Shown here in pieces: positions 5,408 to 7,640 of a DNA stretch of 7,640 nucleotides. The stretch is from a virus (lineage: Duplodnaviria > Heunggongvirae > Uroviricota > Caudoviricetes), in the IMG/VR virus record IMGVR_UViG_2778261354_000005; one strand, 5' to 3'. The notes under the pieces are model-generated. The model searched no databases and was not told the DNA's origin. It worked only from the letters and a program-made list of their open reading frames with translations. Both the position numbers and the translations under genes were made by a program. Each line of letters opens with the position of its first letter. Position 1 is the first letter of the stretch.

Positions 5408-5961
5408 GCGTTAGTTTCTCCACAACCAGAAGCAATCGACGCCACGACGCCCGGAGCTGCACACTCGCGGGCGTTACTATTTTCTGGAGCGCAGAAGATT
5501 TTGTAGACCAGTGCTGCATGCTCCTGGAGCTTCGAAATTGAAAGATACAGTTCGTCGTTAATTGCTGTCTTCTCATGCGGTTCCACTACACCGTCTTCGA
5601 TTGCTGAACGAATCTGTTTTGAATAACTGCCGATCTGTTCAATGACTTCCAGTAAACGCTGGTTAATATCGGCATTGTCCACATCCTCGACGTCAGGAAG
5701 AGACACAAAGACGCCATTTGCAGACTGCGCCACAGCGTCAGCAATGAAGTGAGTGCCACCAGCACGTTGTAAAATCATTGCCCATCCCAGCGGGAAAATC
5801 TGATCGCCATCGGCACGAAGGCGGTTAAATAATGCGTTCTCTGTTACATCCAGCCACTCAGCAGCTTCAGCGTAACCCTCCGGCAACGCCGCGATAGTTT
5901 TTCTGACAGCTTTCACGTACCACTCAGGCTGTTTTTCCACTTTCCAGTTATGATTACCCAC
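5404..5961 (-). CDS. ymfL: YmfL-family putative regulatory protein (occupies the cII-like position after cro)
   Basis: 185 aa. GTG start with a GGAGG SD 6 nt upstream, and an 8-nt overlap with the Cro-like gene. The size and position (immediately after cro in an e14-type immunity region) match my recollection of e14 YmfL. The assignment rests on synteny and memory, not a search. Confidence 0.6.
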   Translation of the reverse strand: MGNHNWKVEKQPEWYVKAVRKTIAALPEGYAEAAEWLDVTENALFNRLRADGDQIFPLGWAMILQRAGGTHFIADAVAQSANGVFVSLPDVEDVDNADINQRLLEVIEQIGSYSKQIRSAIEDGVVEPHEKTAINDELYLSISKLQEHAALVYKIFCAPENSNARECAAPGVVASIASGCGETNA

Positions 5962-6214
5962 GGCTTACCTCCTGTTCCTGTGGTTTAAACCCATTCTGGT
6001 TTTGGCTAGATTGAAAACGTGCCGGATAAAGAATCTGCATTTCGCTGATTTCACCCTTAAAAAAATTGGCCAGACGTTCTGCAAGATCGATAGATGGAAT
6101 TTGTTCCAGTCTTTCAATACGACTCAGCGTCGCTGGATTGACCTGAACGCCAGCAGCAACATGCTGCAAAGTAAATCCGTGCGTCTTACGCACATTCCGT
6201 AATGGTGATTGCAT
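5954..6214 (-). CDS. Cro-like XRE-family HTH regulator
   Basis: 86 aa, divergent from the repressor gene. The HTH segment is ..FTLQHVAAGVQVNPATLSRIERLEQIPS... A GGAGG SD (6223-6219) lies 4 nt before the ATG at 6214. Confidence 0.8.
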   Translation of the reverse strand: MQSPLRNVRKTHGFTLQHVAAGVQVNPATLSRIERLEQIPSIDLAERLANFFKGEISEMQILYPARFQSSQNQNGFKPQEQEVSRG

Positions 6215-6311
6215 ATTACCTCCACATATTGCGTGATGAGCATATTATTTCACGCAAATATTTTGCGCAAGTTGATTTGCTTAACGCGCAATAAAGAAAT
6301 GTAATAAACGC
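6215..6311. promoter_or_regulatory. OR-like divergent control region: PR-like promoter (-), PRM-like promoter (+) and repeated TTGCG/CGCAA operator half-sites
   Basis: PR-like on the minus strand: TTGCGC (6270-6265)-N17-TAATAT (6247-6242). PRM-like on the plus strand: TTGCTT (6277-6282)-N17-TGTAAT (6300-6305). This predicts a start about 7 nt later at the A of the cI ATG (6312), and no SD is present, implying a leaderless cI mRNA as in lambda. Dyads: TTGCTTAACGCGCAA (6277-6291), CGCAAATATTTTGCG (6253-6267) and TTGCGTGATGAGCAT (6229-6243), with centres 24 bp apart. Confidence 0.65.
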
Positions 6312-7004
6312 ATGAACATAGGAAACCGAGTCAGACAACTTCGCCAGGCGAAGAACATGAAAATCGCCGATCTCGCTGAAGCAATAGGAGTGGATGCGGC
6401 GAATATCTCACGCCTGGAAACAGGTAAGCAGAAACAATTCACTGAACAAGCCCTGAGTAATATTGCCAGGAGCTTAGGTGTTGATATTGCTGATCTCTTT
6501 ACCTCAGACGTCAAAAGTAATACTGTATTTAAAAACAGTATTAGTGAGGATGTTGCGCAGGTGAAGGATGTATTCCGTATTGAAATGCTGGATGTCAGTG
6601 CCAGTGCGGGAAATGGCCTTATCCAGGGCGGTGATGTCATTGATGTGATTCATGCCATTGAATACAGAACTGATAATGCTGTATCGATGTTTGGCGGACG
6701 GCCAGCCAATCACATTAAAGTTATCAACGTTCGTGGGGACAGTATGTGTCCAACCATTGAGCCAGGAGATCTCATCTTCGTTGATGTCAGTATCAATCAG
6801 TTTGATGGAGATGGTATCTATGTATTTGGTTTTGATGATAAAATTTATGTCAAACGACTGCAAATGATACCTGACAAACTACTGGTGATTTCTGATAACC
6901 AGATTTACCGTGAATGGGGAATTACCAGCGAAAATGAACACCGGTTTATGGTCTTTGGAAAGGTCTTAATCAGCCAGTCACAAACCCTTAAGCGACACAA
7001 TTAA
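6312..7004 (+). CDS. cI-like prophage repressor: XRE HTH plus LexA/S24 autopeptidase domain
   Basis: 230 aa. N-terminal HTH (..IADLAEAIGVDAANISRLETGKQ..). Candidate Ala99-Gly100 cleavage site (SASAGNG). Catalytic Ser144 lies in GDSMCPTI and Lys181 in YVKRL. The Ser-Lys spacing is 37 residues, as in LexA. Confidence 0.9.
   Translation: MNIGNRVRQLRQAKNMKIADLAEAIGVDAANISRLETGKQKQFTEQALSNIARSLGVDIADLFTSDVKSNTVFKNSISEDVAQVKDVFRIEMLDVSASAGNGLIQGGDVIDVIHAIEYRTDNAVSMFGGRPANHIKVINVRGDSMCPTIEPGDLIFVDVSINQFDGDGIYVFGFDDKIYVKRLQMIPDKLLVISDNQIYREWGITSENEHRFMVFGKVLISQSQTLKRHN
6521..6540. promoter_or_regulatory. Near-consensus LexA (SOS) box inside the cI-like coding sequence
   Basis: TACTGTATTTAAAAACAGTA is a 17/20 match to TACTGTATATATATACAGTA, with perfect 8-bp arms AATACTGT/ACAGTATT (6519-6542). 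It encodes N70-I77 in the interdomain linker. Confidence 0.7.
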
Positions 7005-7024
7005 CCCTTACCTCCTCATCAATT

Positions 7025-7046
7025 AGCCACCCAAAGGTGGCTTTTC
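7025..7046 (+). terminator. Rho-independent terminator of the repressor gene
   Basis: AGCCACC-caaa-GGTGGCT has a 7-bp stem and a 4-nt loop. Its last base begins the run TTTT (7042-7045), and it starts 21 nt after the cI stop. Confidence 0.75.
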
Positions 7047-7059
7047 ATTACCCTTTAAA

Positions 7060-7112
7060 TTGCATATCTCGCAATAAAAACACTTGCATAATGCGCAACT
7101 TCATTTTATCTT
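7060..7112 (+). promoter_or_regulatory. OL/PL-like region: two operator-like dyads and a rightward promoter
   Basis: TTGCATATCTCGCAA (7060-7074) and TTGCATAATGCGCAA (7084-7098) share the TTGC-N7-GCAA architecture of the 6277-6291 site, and their centres are 24 bp apart. The candidate promoter TTGCAT (7084-7089)-N17-TATCTT (7107-7112) overlaps the second dyad. Confidence 0.5.
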
Positions 7113-7118
7113 TCTTTC

Positions 7119-7570
7119 CAGACAAACAAACAAGGTACTAACAAAATTTGGTTGTAACACGGCGTATGGCACATGCGTCGTTAGCGGTCTGGGGACGTTA
7201 AAGGGGACAATCCACTCCTTGCTCGAGCAAACAAACCAGGTAGCCGGAATGTGCAAGTCAATGATGATGCTGATAAGACGCCTAACCAGCGTGGCGATTC
7301 GGTTTGACGCCTGGGAAGAGACCAGGGTGCAACGATGAGGGCATTTATGGAGCCGCGACAAAGTGTGGTGCTGTAACTGGCTAAGTGCTCTCAGCGTTGT
7401 GGTAATCCGCGAAATGGCGCGGCGGTAAGTATGGCGGGGTTACTCTTTCCCCGTTGAGGACACCGGATTGTCAGGTTGACCATACGCCTGAGTGACAACC
7501 CCACCACAACAGCCACTGCTTTGGCGGTACCAGTTTGTACCCTTGCTTCCGGCTGGTACCGCTCTTTTTA
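7119..7570 (+). ncRNA. Candidate long untranslated, structured leader/ncRNA downstream of the PL-like promoter
   Basis: No ORF has both a credible start and an SD; the best are peptides of 8-31 codons. There is dense complementarity, including nested helices at 7396-7510. It ends at a 10-bp hairpin plus T-run. The extent and the existence of the transcript are inferred, not shown. Confidence 0.3.
7524..7570 (+). terminator. 10-bp perfect hairpin followed by CGCTCTTTTTA: an atypical terminator and/or a boxA-like nut element
   Basis: GCGGTACCAG (7524-7533) pairs with CTGGTACCGC (7553-7562), leaving a 19-nt loop. The sequence then continues as CGCTCTTTTTACAA (7560-7573), which resembles boxA (lambda CGCTCTTA; rrn TGCTCTTTAACAA). 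The large loop weakens a terminator call. Confidence 0.35.
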
Positions 7571-7640
7571 CAAAACAGAGAAGAGCATCACCGGACGACG
7601 GGCTCATAACCCAATCCATCCGGGCGGCTGCCACCGCAGG

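Noticed and set aside
6281-6863. Two 119-aa minus-strand ORFs antisense to the repressor gene
   Set aside because: They are shadows of an AT-rich gene with a clear HTH plus S24 product, and their peptides are low-complexity Ile/Phe/Asn-rich. Antisense transcription from near the SOS box remains possible, but nothing supports coding.
6215-7160. A visibly lower GC content in the immunity module compared with the flanking operon
   Set aside because: This is typical lambdoid mosaicism of immunity cassettes. It was not quantified here and is not in itself unusual.
7084-7361. The 84-aa (+) and 86-aa (-) ORFs downstream of the cI terminator
   Set aside because: The + ORF would start inside the operator/-35 element, upstream of the predicted transcription start. 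The - ORF uses TTG with no SD. They overlap each other, and neither product resembles a protein family I recognise.
7440-7640. Frames open to the right edge: a minus-strand frame ending at 7440 (..CCGGVVTQAYGQPDNPVSSTGKE) and a plus-strand frame from the GTG at 7492
   Set aside because: Neither has a recognisable signature or SD, and both run through the strong hairpin region. A gene extending beyond the window cannot be excluded, so the region is reported as a finding rather than a CDS.
7150-7640. Retron msr/msd idea (GTTAGCGG at about 7179-7186 resembles the branch-G context TTAGCG of retron Ec86)
   Set aside because: I could not find the required flanking a1/a2 inverted repeats; the complement of ATGCGTCG is absent downstream. 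No reverse transcriptase ORF is in the window.

Overview
All calls were made by eye from the sequence and the ORF track; no searches were run. The window looks like the immunity, early-operon, replication and nin-like region of a lambdoid enterobacterial prophage of the e14/YmfL type.

Layout:
- A cI-like repressor with an HTH and an S24 peptidase domain lies on the + strand (6312-7004). A Cro-like HTH gene lies on the - strand (5954-6214). They diverge from a 97-bp operator/promoter region.
- One tightly coupled operon runs leftward on the minus strand, with 1-8 nt start/stop overlaps at nearly every junction. In order it encodes: the Cro-like protein, a YmfL-like protein, a 386-codon ORF whose C-terminal half is a Rha-family regulator, two small unknown proteins, an O-like replication initiator with in-frame 12-bp iteron-like repeats, a 30-codon ORF, a phage Dam-type N6-adenine methyltransferase, a 108-aa protein that is only a LexA DNA-binding domain, and RusA.
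- A separately promoted KilA-N/ANT antirepressor-like gene follows (297-1112).
- Downstream of cI there is an intrinsic terminator, then a second pair of operator-like sites with a PL-like promoter. About 520 bp of ORF-poor, structure-rich sequence runs from there to the window edge.

No rRNA, tRNA, CRISPR array, transposase, N-like, cII-like or helicase-loader gene was recognised.

The most interesting signal is the LexA core motif CTGT-N8-ACAG. It occurs three times, against about 0.12 expected by chance. One near-consensus copy sits upstream of the antirepressor-like gene, one near-consensus copy sits inside the cI coding sequence, and one weak copy sits in the 5' part of the Rha-containing ORF. 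The phage also encodes its own LexA paralog that lacks the cleavage domain. Together these suggest an uncharacterised phage SOS-mimic circuit layered on a normal cleavable-repressor switch.
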